Assembly: GCA_904386005.1 (NCBI GenBank)
Contig: CAJFKR010000002.1
Coordinates: forward strand, 741 to 64,740
Origin: Candidatus Flemingiibacterium merdigallinarum
GTDB lineage: Bacteria; Bacillota; Clostridia; Oscillospirales; CAG-272
Direction of reading: 5' to 3'
DNA: 64,000 nucleotides
How positions within the stretch are numbered: the stretch's first letter is position 1; every line of letters begins with the position of its first letter. The translations under genes and the position numbers were made by a program. The notes under the pieces are model-generated. The model was not told where the DNA came from and did not search any database. It saw nothing but the letters and a program-made list of their open reading frames with translations. This document shows positions 8,056-15,770 of this stretch, in pieces.

Positions 8056-9546
8056 TCAGCCGAGATCGCTGTTTTCAGCCGCCTTGTCCTCAAACGCGGA
8101 GGTGTCGGTCGTGGCGGTCGTCGGCACATATTCGTGCAGCGTTACCTCGACGTCGTAGTACTGTCCGCCGCGGATGACCTTGATTGTCACAACGTCGCCG
8201 ACCTCGTGCTCCTTGAGTATCGCCTTGATGTCGCTGCTGTAGGTTACCTGCTCGTCGTCTATGCCTACGATGCGGTCGCCGGCCTTGAGCTCGTCAGTGT
8301 ATTCGGACGAAACTACGTATACGCCGTAGTCGCTGACACGATAGTACATAGCTTCCATCTGACTGTCAATGTCGATGTAGCTGATGCCGAGCATTACCTT
8401 GCCGCGCACGTAGCCGTAGTTGACAAGCTCGGTCGAGACCTTGACGGCGGTGTTGACCGGGATCGCGAAGGCTATGCCCTCGACCGATGTGCCGGACGAT
8501 GAGGTCGTCGATTTCGCGTTGACGATACCGATGAGCTCGCCGTACATATTGAACAGTCCGCCGCCCGAGTTGCCGGGGTTGACGGCAGCGTTGGTCTGTA
8601 TAAGGGTCATTTCGGTGCCCTCGATGTTGACGTCACGCGAAAGCGCGCTGATGATACCGTTGGTGACGGTGCCGCCAAGCTCGCCGAGCGGGTTGCCGAC
8701 CGCTACGACTTCCTGACCGACCTTAAGCTCGTCGCTGTCGCCGATGAGCGCGAACGGAAGGTCGGTGGCGTCAATCTTGATGACCGCGATATCGCTCTCC
8801 GAGTCAGTGCCGATGAGCTCTGCCGGATATTCGGTTCCGTCCTTGGTTGTGACGGTTATCGTGTTCGCGCCCTCAACGACGTGGTTGTTAGTTATAATCA
8901 GACCGTCGGCGCTGATTATAACGCCGCTGCCCGCGCCGGATGTGATGTAGCCGCCGCCCCAGAACGAGGTGTCAGTCGATATTGACTCGGTGACAATCTC
9001 AACTACGGTCGGGGTTACCGCTTCAGCCACCTGCTCGTAGGTGCCGGCGGTCTTGTTTTCGTTGTCATACGACTGGAAGATTACCGACGGGCTGCCCGAC
9101 GAAGCGTTCGACGAGTTCGGAGCGGAATCCGGGGTTTTGGAAAGGCTGTTCGCAAGATACGTGCCGCCGAACGCCGCGCCGCCCGAGAAGACCATGCAGA
9201 TCGCGACTACAGCCGCAACCGCGCCTACGCTAAGGCGACCCTTCGGAGCCTTCTGCTTCTTAGATTCGGGCTTGTTGTTGATGTAGACCGGCTCGTTCGA
9301 GATCTTAGCGAAATTAGAGGTTGTGTCGTGGTAGCGCGAGAAGTCCGGACTGCCGTTATTTGCGGCGTGTTGAGATTCGGTGTGTACCGAATCAGCCTGC
9401 GGTGTGCTTGTCTGCGTGTTCTCGGCAGCTTTGTTCATCGGCTCGGAGGAAGCCGCGCCGACTGTGCCAGATGCCGACTCGTTCGTTACGCGATTGGTAT
9501 TTTCATCGCTTTGATTATTGTCTTTATAAAGATTGTTGTTATCCAT
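8056..9546 (-). CDS. S1C (HtrA/DegP-like) serine protease with a PDZ domain and an N-terminal membrane anchor
   Basis: The catalytic triad contexts are TNNHVVEGA, DIAVIKI and GNSGGGLFN. A C-terminal PDZ-like region is present. The N-terminus is low-complexity and is followed by a hydrophobic segment (VAAVVAICMVFSGGAAFGG). Confidence 0.9.
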   Translation of the reverse strand: MDNNNLYKDNNQSDENTNRVTNESASGTVGAASSEPMNKAAENTQTSTPQADSVHTESQHAANNGSPDFSRYHDTTSNFAKISNEPVYINNKPESKKQKAPKGRLSVGAVAAVVAICMVFSGGAAFGGTYLANSLSKTPDSAPNSSNASSGSPSVIFQSYDNENKTAGTYEQVAEAVTPTVVEIVTESISTDTSFWGGGYITSGAGSGVIISADGLIITNNHVVEGANTITVTTKDGTEYPAELIGTDSESDIAVIKIDATDLPFALIGDSDELKVGQEVVAVGNPLGELGGTVTNGIISALSRDVNIEGTEMTLIQTNAAVNPGNSGGGLFNMYGELIGIVNAKSTTSSSGTSVEGIAFAIPVNTAVKVSTELVNYGYVRGKVMLGISYIDIDSQMEAMYYRVSDYGVYVVSSEYTDELKAGDRIVGIDDEQVTYSSDIKAILKEHEVGDVVTIKVIRGGQYYDVEVTLHEYVPTTATTDTSAFEDKAAENSDLG

Positions 9547-9774
9547 AATATATTACCTCCGTTATCAGATATTCAAATTCATTTATGTAATCTCTGTTTT
9601 GATTACGGTTATATTATAAAGCCCGAATGTGACGGCTGTATGACGGCGCATGGAAAATTTTTTGAAATAATCTGATTTATTTGCGTTTGTTTTGCTGATT
9701 GAATTCTTTCATTATTATATATGGCAGTCATATTGTCCGGCGGCGCGAATATACTTGTCTCGGAGGTGTATTCA

Positions 9775-10905
9775 ATGAAGCTGCTACATAAATTTATAGT
9801 ACTCATAGTCGCGACGGCGCTGCTGATTTCTCCGGTCGCGGCATCCGAGTTTGGCGCGCCGAGCTGCATATTGATGGAGGCGTCGACCGGACTTGTGCTT
9901 TATGAAGAAAACGCGGACGAAGCCCTGCCGCCGGCGTCAGTCACGAAAATCATGACGCTGCTGCTTGTCATGGAGGCGGTCGACGAAGGTCGACTCGGCT
10001 GGGAGGACATGATTACGACCAGCGAATACGCGGCGTCGATGGGCGGCTCGCAGGTCTATCTCGAGCCGGGCGAGGAGATGCCGGTCTGGGAGATGGTGAA
10101 GTGCGTAGTCGTAGCCAGCGCGAACGACGCCGCGGTCGCGCTCGCCGAGGCGATAGCGGGCAGCGAGGAGGCGTTCGTTTCGATGATGAACGCGCGCGCC
10201 GCCGAGCTGGGAATGACGAGCACGCATTTCGAGAACACGAACGGTCTCGACGACGACACGACGAACCACGTCACCAGCGCGCGCGACATCGCGATAATGT
10301 CGCGGGAGCTGATCACGAAGCACCCGAAGATACTCGAATACTCGTCGATTTGGATGGACACTATCCGAAACGGCGAATTCGGGCTTACCAACACGAACCG
10401 GCTGATACGCTTCTACCGCGGCGCGAACGGGCTGAAGACCGGCTCTACCGCCAAGGCGAAATTCTGCATATCGGCGACGGCAGAGCGGGACGGTATGCAA
10501 CTGATCGCGGTTATTATGGCGTCGCCGAGCCGGGACGAGCGCAACGAATCGGCGAAACGGCTGCTCGATTATGGATTTGCGAACTGGGAGGTTGCACACC
10601 TTGTTTCCGAGCCGCTCGACGACATTGTTTTGAACGGCGGAGTCTATCCGACGCTGCCGATAAAATACGAGGACTCTCAGCTGGTGCTTAAGAAGGGCAG
10701 CGCGGCGAAGCTCACAAAGAATCTGGTTTTGCCCGAGACAATCTCCGCTCCGGTCGCGGCGGGCGACGAGGTCGGGAAAATCGAGTACTTACTTGACGGC
10801 GAGGTAGTGGCGACCCTGCCCATAGTGGCGGCAGAGGATCGCGACCGGATCGGATTCGGCGAGGTTTTATCGCGCTTTCTGCGCGCGCTGACGCTCGCGG
10901 GCTGA
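9775..10905 (+). CDS. D-alanyl-D-alanine carboxypeptidase (S11, PBP5-type)
   Basis: The SxxK (SVTK), SxN (SAND) and KTG (KTGST) motifs are present, along with a signal peptide. ATG 9775 is preceded by GGAGG; the ORF track starts earlier, at 9721. Confidence 0.9.
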   Translation: MKLLHKFIVLIVATALLISPVAASEFGAPSCILMEASTGLVLYEENADEALPPASVTKIMTLLLVMEAVDEGRLGWEDMITTSEYAASMGGSQVYLEPGEEMPVWEMVKCVVVASANDAAVALAEAIAGSEEAFVSMMNARAAELGMTSTHFENTNGLDDDTTNHVTSARDIAIMSRELITKHPKILEYSSIWMDTIRNGEFGLTNTNRLIRFYRGANGLKTGSTAKAKFCISATAERDGMQLIAVIMASPSRDERNESAKRLLDYGFANWEVAHLVSEPLDDIVLNGGVYPTLPIKYEDSQLVLKKGSAAKLTKNLVLPETISAPVAAGDEVGKIEYLLDGEVVATLPIVAAEDRDRIGFGEVLSRFLRALTLAG

Positions 10906-11176
10906 AATCGGGGCGGCTTTTAGTATTAGCCGGTGCGCGGGAAATATGAGCTGAATGTAATATTAAATAGCGTTTAAAATTACAAATTGCTTACAAAAGC
11001 GCATATCCCCTTGAAAAAAAGATTGAGTTGTAGTATGATATTGTCAGGGAAAAAATTCATAGCGTGGCAGCGATTTCACCGCGAAGCAGACATTCCCGTG
11101 AGACCGGATGGCGGCATCGCGGCGGGCGAGGTCAGGCGTGAATCCCTAAAATAAATCTAACAAGGAGAAAAACACG

Positions 11177-14100
11177 ATGAGAAATCTTAAGAAATTTCTC
11201 GCATTAGTACTTGCAATGCTCATGATTGTAAGTGCTTCTGCAGCAGTTTCTGCTTCCGATTTCAGCGACGTCGCTGACGACAGCATTTATGCTGAAGCCA
11301 TTGCCGACCTCGTTGAAAAAGGAATCACGAACGGTGTTGCCGAAGGTCAGTTCGGACCGGATCAGCCCGTTCAGAGATTCCAGATGGCTCTCTTCATGGC
11401 GCGTGCACTCGAGCCTGATGTAGACGACTGGATGACCGGTATGCAGGTCTTCACCGACGTTACCGAATGGTACGGCGCAATTGCATACGCTTATGTTAAC
11501 AACATTGTTACCGGTATGGGTAACAACCTGTTCGCTCCGCACGACGGAATCAGATATCAGGATGCCCTGATTATGGCTCTCCGTGCTCTGGGCTACAAGG
11601 TTGATGTATCCGGCGATCCTTACTGGCTCGAAGCTTACAACCAGGCTCAGGCTCTTGGTCTCACAAAGGGTGTTGAAGTTTATGTTGGCGAGCAGGTTCT
11701 TACCAGAGCCGAGACCGCTCAGATAATCTACAACATGCTGTACACCACTCCGGCTGACGGCGGCGCAACTATCGCAGCTAAGAACTTCGGCGAGGCTACC
11801 GCGGCTAATACCACTACCATGGTTGTAACCGCTACTCCGAAGCAGGCTTATGCTGAGTCGTACAAGGCTGCTGAAGAGGGCTATCTTGGACTTCAGACTG
11901 TTGTTAACGGTCTGCCTGCTGGCGATGTACTCTATCTCCCTGCTGCTGTTCTCGGCGTTGATGCTGACGACGTTGAAGCATACTTCGGTTATTCTTTCGA
12001 TTTCGTTAACTACGATGCAGAGAATGGATCTTTTGACAATGTTATGATTGGCGAGGATCCGGTTGTTGTTTACAGCACCGATGTCACCAAGAATTCCAAT
12101 GAAAAGATCACCATTGATGGCACTGCTTACTACACTGTTGACGAATTTGAAGGTGCAGCCCTGAAGAACGAAATCGTTGTTTACAATGCTGGCGATCTCG
12201 CATATCTCCAGAAGGTTCTGTACACCGACAAGGACGGAAATGTTGTTAATTCTAATGGCGATATAGTAGCTCGTTACTCGCACAAGTCGTCTGATGGAAC
12301 TAAGTTCTATCTTGACCTTGCTGCAAATGTAATCATCACTGAAGAAGCTGCTCTTGCTAAGTATGGTATTGATGTTGCTGACGACAGCTATATCAAGTAT
12401 TCTACTCTTTCCGCTAAAGATCTTGATGAAATCGGCAACTATCAGCTGACCCTCTTTGATGACGACCGCGACGGCAAGTTCGAGCGCGCAATCGTTACCA
12501 ACGTTTACATGTCCGCATTCAAGGCTAAGGACAGCGGCAAGGAAACCTTTGGTCCGATGAAGGACGAAAAGGATGTTGTTTATACTGAAGACCTTACTAA
12601 GGGCGAAGTATTCACCTACACCTACAACTCTCAGACCAAGGTTGTAACCGTTCTTGATGTTCTTGACATCAACTATGGTACTCTGACCAAGATCGACACC
12701 ACTAAGGTTGGCGATAAGGTTGTTAAGCTTACCATTGACGGCGAAGTTTACACTGTAGCTAACGCAGATCTCGCAAAGAAGACCGGCGCTACAATCTATG
12801 ATTACAACTCCAACGGTTTCGACAACATCGCTAAGGAAGCACAGCTCGGTTATGCTGATTATAAGGATCTTACTATTGGTTCGGCTATTGCTTACTATGA
12901 GTACAATGGCTATATAATCAACGCTAAGACCTATCCTATTGATGAAGCATTTGATCGCGTAGTTATCGACCAGATCGTTTCATACGACAGCGAAAATGTT
13001 TATGCTGACCTCTACATAGGCGGTAAGCTCGTTTCTAACGTAGCTATTTCTAATGTTGAGGGCACGAAGATTTCTTCGATGAATATCTTCCAGCTTTCGA
13101 GACTCCTCTCCGATGATGCTTGGAATCGTGGTAATGTCTTTAAGGCTGTAAAACTGTCTGATGGTTCATATCAGATTAGCGAAGAGCTTGTTCTGAGTGG
13201 CGATGACAAGAATGTAGTTGACTTCAAGCTTGTTACTGAGACATTTGGTACTGTTGTTTCGTTTGAAGATGGTATTGCTGATATCTACAATTCTGATAAT
13301 ACCATTGAACGTGATCGTGTAATTCGTTCGGATGAGAAAACTGTTTTCTACTTCCTCAAGAAGAACGATGAGGGCAAGGTCGTTTCTATCGCTACATTCG
13401 TAGGCGCAGCTGACAATTCGTCTATTGATTTCACTGGTTCCGATAAGCCTGTGATTTACGCTGATAAGATTGGTTACGGTAATAATGATAGCTACACAGA
13501 TGGCAAAGTCAATGGCGTAGCATCGTTCGTACTCGTTTACTACACTGATTCTAATGACATCTCTGGCTTTGGCGTAGCAAACATTGACTACTCCACTGTT
13601 TATGTTGTTAACAATACTGACAAGGTTAAGGCTTATGAAGCAGCTTCTGCTGAAGAGCTTGGTCTTGTTGGCAGCGAATACACCGGTAAGTACTTCGTAC
13701 GTTACACCGCTGATGGACTCGCTGTTGACATGAGCACTGGTAAGAAAGTTAACACCATCTATGTTGAAGTTGGCAAAGAAATTGAAGCTGATAACTTCTA
13801 TGTACTCTCTGTTGATAATGTAGTCCTCTTCAATAAGAAGGCTAATGTAACAGGTGCAGTTCTTAAGGCTAACGGATTCACAGATGCACGTTACTGGACA
13901 ATTACTGATGTTGACGGTAAAAAGATTGTTAATAACACTGTTGATAAGGTAAGCTCTGTATATCTCACTGCTGATACAGCAATTGATGTTAAGACTTCCG
14001 CTAAGGATGTCCTCACTGATGGTAAGGCATATACTGTTAAGTATGTTCCGAACTTCACCGATGGAACATTCGTTGGTATCGTTGTTAAGAGCTCTGATTC

Positions 14101-14500
14101 TGTAGATCCTAATCCTGACAAAGCAAACGCTACTTGGAAGACCACTGGTGGCAATGTACTGGATGCTGTAAAGGATTTGAATGTTGAAGCTAAGGGTACT
14201 ATTACTCTCTACAAGAGCGGCGACGGTACTGCTACTGGTGTTAGCACTCGTAGCGAAGCAGCTTCCGCTAATTGGACTGCTAAAGTTATGAAGTATGATG
14301 GATTTGATTCCACCGAAATCAAGGGCGTAAATGTTGACGCTACTCTTAAGGACGGTGTTATCACCATCAATGGTTACAAGAACAATCTTGGCAACAAGAC
14401 TGAACTTGCAGCTGGTGATTATGAGATTGTACTTACCTGTGACAACACTACTCCTGATGGTAAGGCAGTAGAAGTTACTTTCACAGTAACCGTTAAATAA
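11177..14500 (+). CDS. SLH-domain cell-wall / S-layer protein
   Basis: It has a signal peptide and N-terminal SLH repeats (FSDVADDSIYAEAIADLVEKGITNG..., FAPHDGIRYQDALIMALRALG). A long Thr/Val/Asp-rich beta-type region follows. Upstream is a strong AAGGAG Shine-Dalgarno site. G+C is visibly lower than in the neighbouring genes. Confidence 0.9.
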   Translation: MRNLKKFLALVLAMLMIVSASAAVSASDFSDVADDSIYAEAIADLVEKGITNGVAEGQFGPDQPVQRFQMALFMARALEPDVDDWMTGMQVFTDVTEWYGAIAYAYVNNIVTGMGNNLFAPHDGIRYQDALIMALRALGYKVDVSGDPYWLEAYNQAQALGLTKGVEVYVGEQVLTRAETAQIIYNMLYTTPADGGATIAAKNFGEATAANTTTMVVTATPKQAYAESYKAAEEGYLGLQTVVNGLPAGDVLYLPAAVLGVDADDVEAYFGYSFDFVNYDAENGSFDNVMIGEDPVVVYSTDVTKNSNEKITIDGTAYYTVDEFEGAALKNEIVVYNAGDLAYLQKVLYTDKDGNVVNSNGDIVARYSHKSSDGTKFYLDLAANVIITEEAALAKYGIDVADDSYIKYSTLSAKDLDEIGNYQLTLFDDDRDGKFERAIVTNVYMSAFKAKDSGKETFGPMKDEKDVVYTEDLTKGEVFTYTYNSQTKVVTVLDVLDINYGTLTKIDTTKVGDKVVKLTIDGEVYTVANADLAKKTGATIYDYNSNGFDNIAKEAQLGYADYKDLTIGSAIAYYEYNGYIINAKTYPIDEAFDRVVIDQIVSYDSENVYADLYIGGKLVSNVAISNVEGTKISSMNIFQLSRLLSDDAWNRGNVFKAVKLSDGSYQISEELVLSGDDKNVVDFKLVTETFGTVVSFEDGIADIYNSDNTIERDRVIRSDEKTVFYFLKKNDEGKVVSIATFVGAADNSSIDFTGSDKPVIYADKIGYGNNDSYTDGKVNGVASFVLVYYTDSNDISGFGVANIDYSTVYVVNNTDKVKAYEAASAEELGLVGSEYTGKYFVRYTADGLAVDMSTGKKVNTIYVEVGKEIEADNFYVLSVDNVVLFNKKANVTGAVLKANGFTDARYWTITDVDGKKIVNNTVDKVSSVYLTADTAIDVKTSAKDVLTDGKAYTVKYVPNFTDGTFVGIVVKSSDSVDPNPDKANATWKTTGGNVLDAVKDLNVEAKGTITLYKSGDGTATGVSTRSEAASANWTAKVMKYDGFDSTEIKGVNVDATLKDGVITINGYKNNLGNKTELAAGDYEIVLTCDNTTPDGKAVEVTFTVTVK

Positions 14501-14518
14501 TCACTCATCGTGATTTCT

Positions 14519-14550
14519 CCCCCGCTCCCATTCGGGAGCGGGGATTTTTT
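14519..14550 (+). terminator. intrinsic terminator of the SLH gene
   Basis: The stem is ccccgctccc / gggagcgggg with an attc loop, followed by ATTTTTT. Confidence 0.85.
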
Positions 14551-14554
14551 ATAT

Positions 14555-14580
14555 AAAAAAAGAGCGGCGCTGTGCCGCTC
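14555..14580 (-). terminator. intrinsic terminator of mazF (minus strand)
   Basis: The stem is gagcggc / gccgctc, followed on the minus strand by TTTTTTT. Confidence 0.8.
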
Positions 14581-14612
14581 GTAATATTTATATGCCATTG
14601 CGCATATATTTG

Positions 14613-14960
14613 TCAATTACTCGTATCTGTTTCCTCTCTGCTGATTTCTAATATGAGGATGCTTAGAACTTCTTCCAATATGTCATAAGGGATTTGTTCG
14701 ATATAACGATAGGTTCTTTGGCTTAAATCCATTGTTCGTATTTGCTCACACATAATAAATCCGGTTGTAGAACAGCGGCTGTCAAGGGCAACATGAAATG
14801 GATTGTTTCTTTGCGTATTTGTGATGGGACAGAGTATTGTCAGATTGCAATTTGCATTATAAAAGTCGTTGCTCACTACTAAGGCAGGTCTGCGTCCGGC
14901 TTGTTCATGCCCTATCTGAGGGTCAAAGCTGACTATAATAATGTCGCCTTGCTTTACCAT
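14613..14960 (-). CDS. mazF: MazF/PemK family type II toxin (endoribonuclease)
   Basis: The N-terminus KQGDIIIVSFDPQIGHEQAGRRPALVV closely parallels E. coli MazF (GDLIWVDFDPTKGSEQAGHRPAVV). Its start overlaps the mazE stop codon (ATGGTAA). Confidence 0.9.
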   Translation of the reverse strand: MVKQGDIIIVSFDPQIGHEQAGRRPALVVSNDFYNANCNLTILCPITNTQRNNPFHVALDSRCSTTGFIMCEQIRTMDLSQRTYRYIEQIPYDILEEVLSILILEISREETDTSN

Positions 14961-15184
14961 ACTTCATCCCCCACCGGCGCGCCCCAATCGACTTCTTCTT
15001 CGACAACTTTTCCAGTAAAGCCGCGCGCCGCGAATAATTCTTTCAAGCTGTCATAACGTTTCGTTGTCTTCGTTATTACGATTTTGCCGTCAGACACGTC
15101 AACTGACACATTGTCGTCAATACTGATCCGCGCCGAATCGAGAATAGCTTTGGGTATGCTCCATTTTTGTATGTTCGTGGTCAT
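14954..15184 (-). CDS. mazE: MazE (AbrB/SpoVT-fold) antitoxin
   Basis: The C-terminus VDWGAPVGDEVW parallels E. coli MazE (IDWGEPKDKEVW). GAGGTG lies 6 nt upstream of the ATG. Confidence 0.85.
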   Translation of the reverse strand: MTTNIQKWSIPKAILDSARISIDDNVSVDVSDGKIVITKTTKRYDSLKELFAARGFTGKVVEEEVDWGAPVGDEVW

Positions 15185-15204
15185 GTTATCACCTCACTTG
15201 GTTT

Positions 15205-15245
15205 GTTTATATAGTATATACTATTATCTCGCTGTTGTCATTTTT
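15205..15245 (-). promoter_or_regulatory. mazEF promoter with a palindromic operator
   Basis: On the minus strand the layout is ATGACA, 17 nt, then TATACT. The palindrome TAGTATATACTA overlaps the -10 box. The 23-nt core at 15208-15230 is identical to 15668-15690. Confidence 0.65.
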
Positions 15246-15626
15246 ATGGCGGTGGCTATATATTTTGTGCTGATATTCGGAATCGTATTTCGCTAAAAGA
15301 TATAAGCAGTATTGATTAAAGCTGATACCCTCGGCGCGTGAGTGCTCGGCAAGTGATTTGTGCAGTGATTTCGGCACCGTGAGCCGGAATTGTCCGGAGT
15401 ATTCGTTTTGCGGCGTCGGCTCGGGAATGTCAATGCCGTCTTCAATAGCCGCGGAGAGCCACTCGCGCTTGCAGTCAATTGCCGATTTCATTGCTTCTTC
15501 CATAGTGTCCGCACAACTTATGCAGCCTGGCAGCTCCGGAAAACATACCGCGAACCCACCCTCGGCAGCGTCCGGTATTATCTCCATGCGGTAGGGGAGC
15601 TGCATATATTCGTCAATTGTTCGCAT
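15207..15626 (-). CDS. hicB: HicB family antitoxin with a C-terminal ribbon-helix-helix domain; no hicA partner seen
   Basis: The HicB core is YRMEIIPDAAEGGFAVCFPELPGCISCADTMEEAM and the RHH-like tail is FRLTVPKSLHKSLAEHSRAEGISFNQY. ATG 15626 is preceded by GGAGGA; the ORF track starts at 15644. Confidence 0.8.
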   Translation of the reverse strand: MRTIDEYMQLPYRMEIIPDAAEGGFAVCFPELPGCISCADTMEEAMKSAIDCKREWLSAAIEDGIDIPEPTPQNEYSGQFRLTVPKSLHKSLAEHSRAEGISFNQYCLYLLAKYDSEYQHKIYSHRHKNDNSEIIVYTI

Positions 15627-15664
15627 CTGTTTCCTCCATTTCATACATTGTTTTGATTTATATT

Positions 15665-15705
15665 GTATATATAGTATATACTATTATCTCACAATTGTCA
15701 ATACA
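15665..15705 (-). promoter_or_regulatory. hicB promoter with the same palindromic operator
   Basis: On the minus strand the layout is TTGACA, 17 nt, then TATACT. It carries an identical 23-nt core, tatatagtatatactattatctc. Confidence 0.65.
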
Positions 15706-15721
15706 CATTATGTAAATTCAC

Positions 15722-15759
15722 ATAAGAATAAACCCGAGCGGTAGTCTACCGCTCGGGTT
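15722..15759 (-). terminator. intrinsic terminator after the yhaN-like gene
   Basis: A 14-bp stem, aacccgagcggtag / ctaccgctcgggtt, is followed on the minus strand by TATTCTTAT. Confidence 0.7.
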
Positions 15760-15770
15760 CATAATTATAC

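Noticed and set aside
10906-11176. The long leader of the SLH gene considered as a c-di-GMP or other riboswitch.
   Set aside because: A closing stem can be drawn (AGGGA...ATTCA with TGAATCCCT). I could not recognise any conserved core of a known riboswitch class. Long stabilising 5' UTRs are common for S-layer genes.
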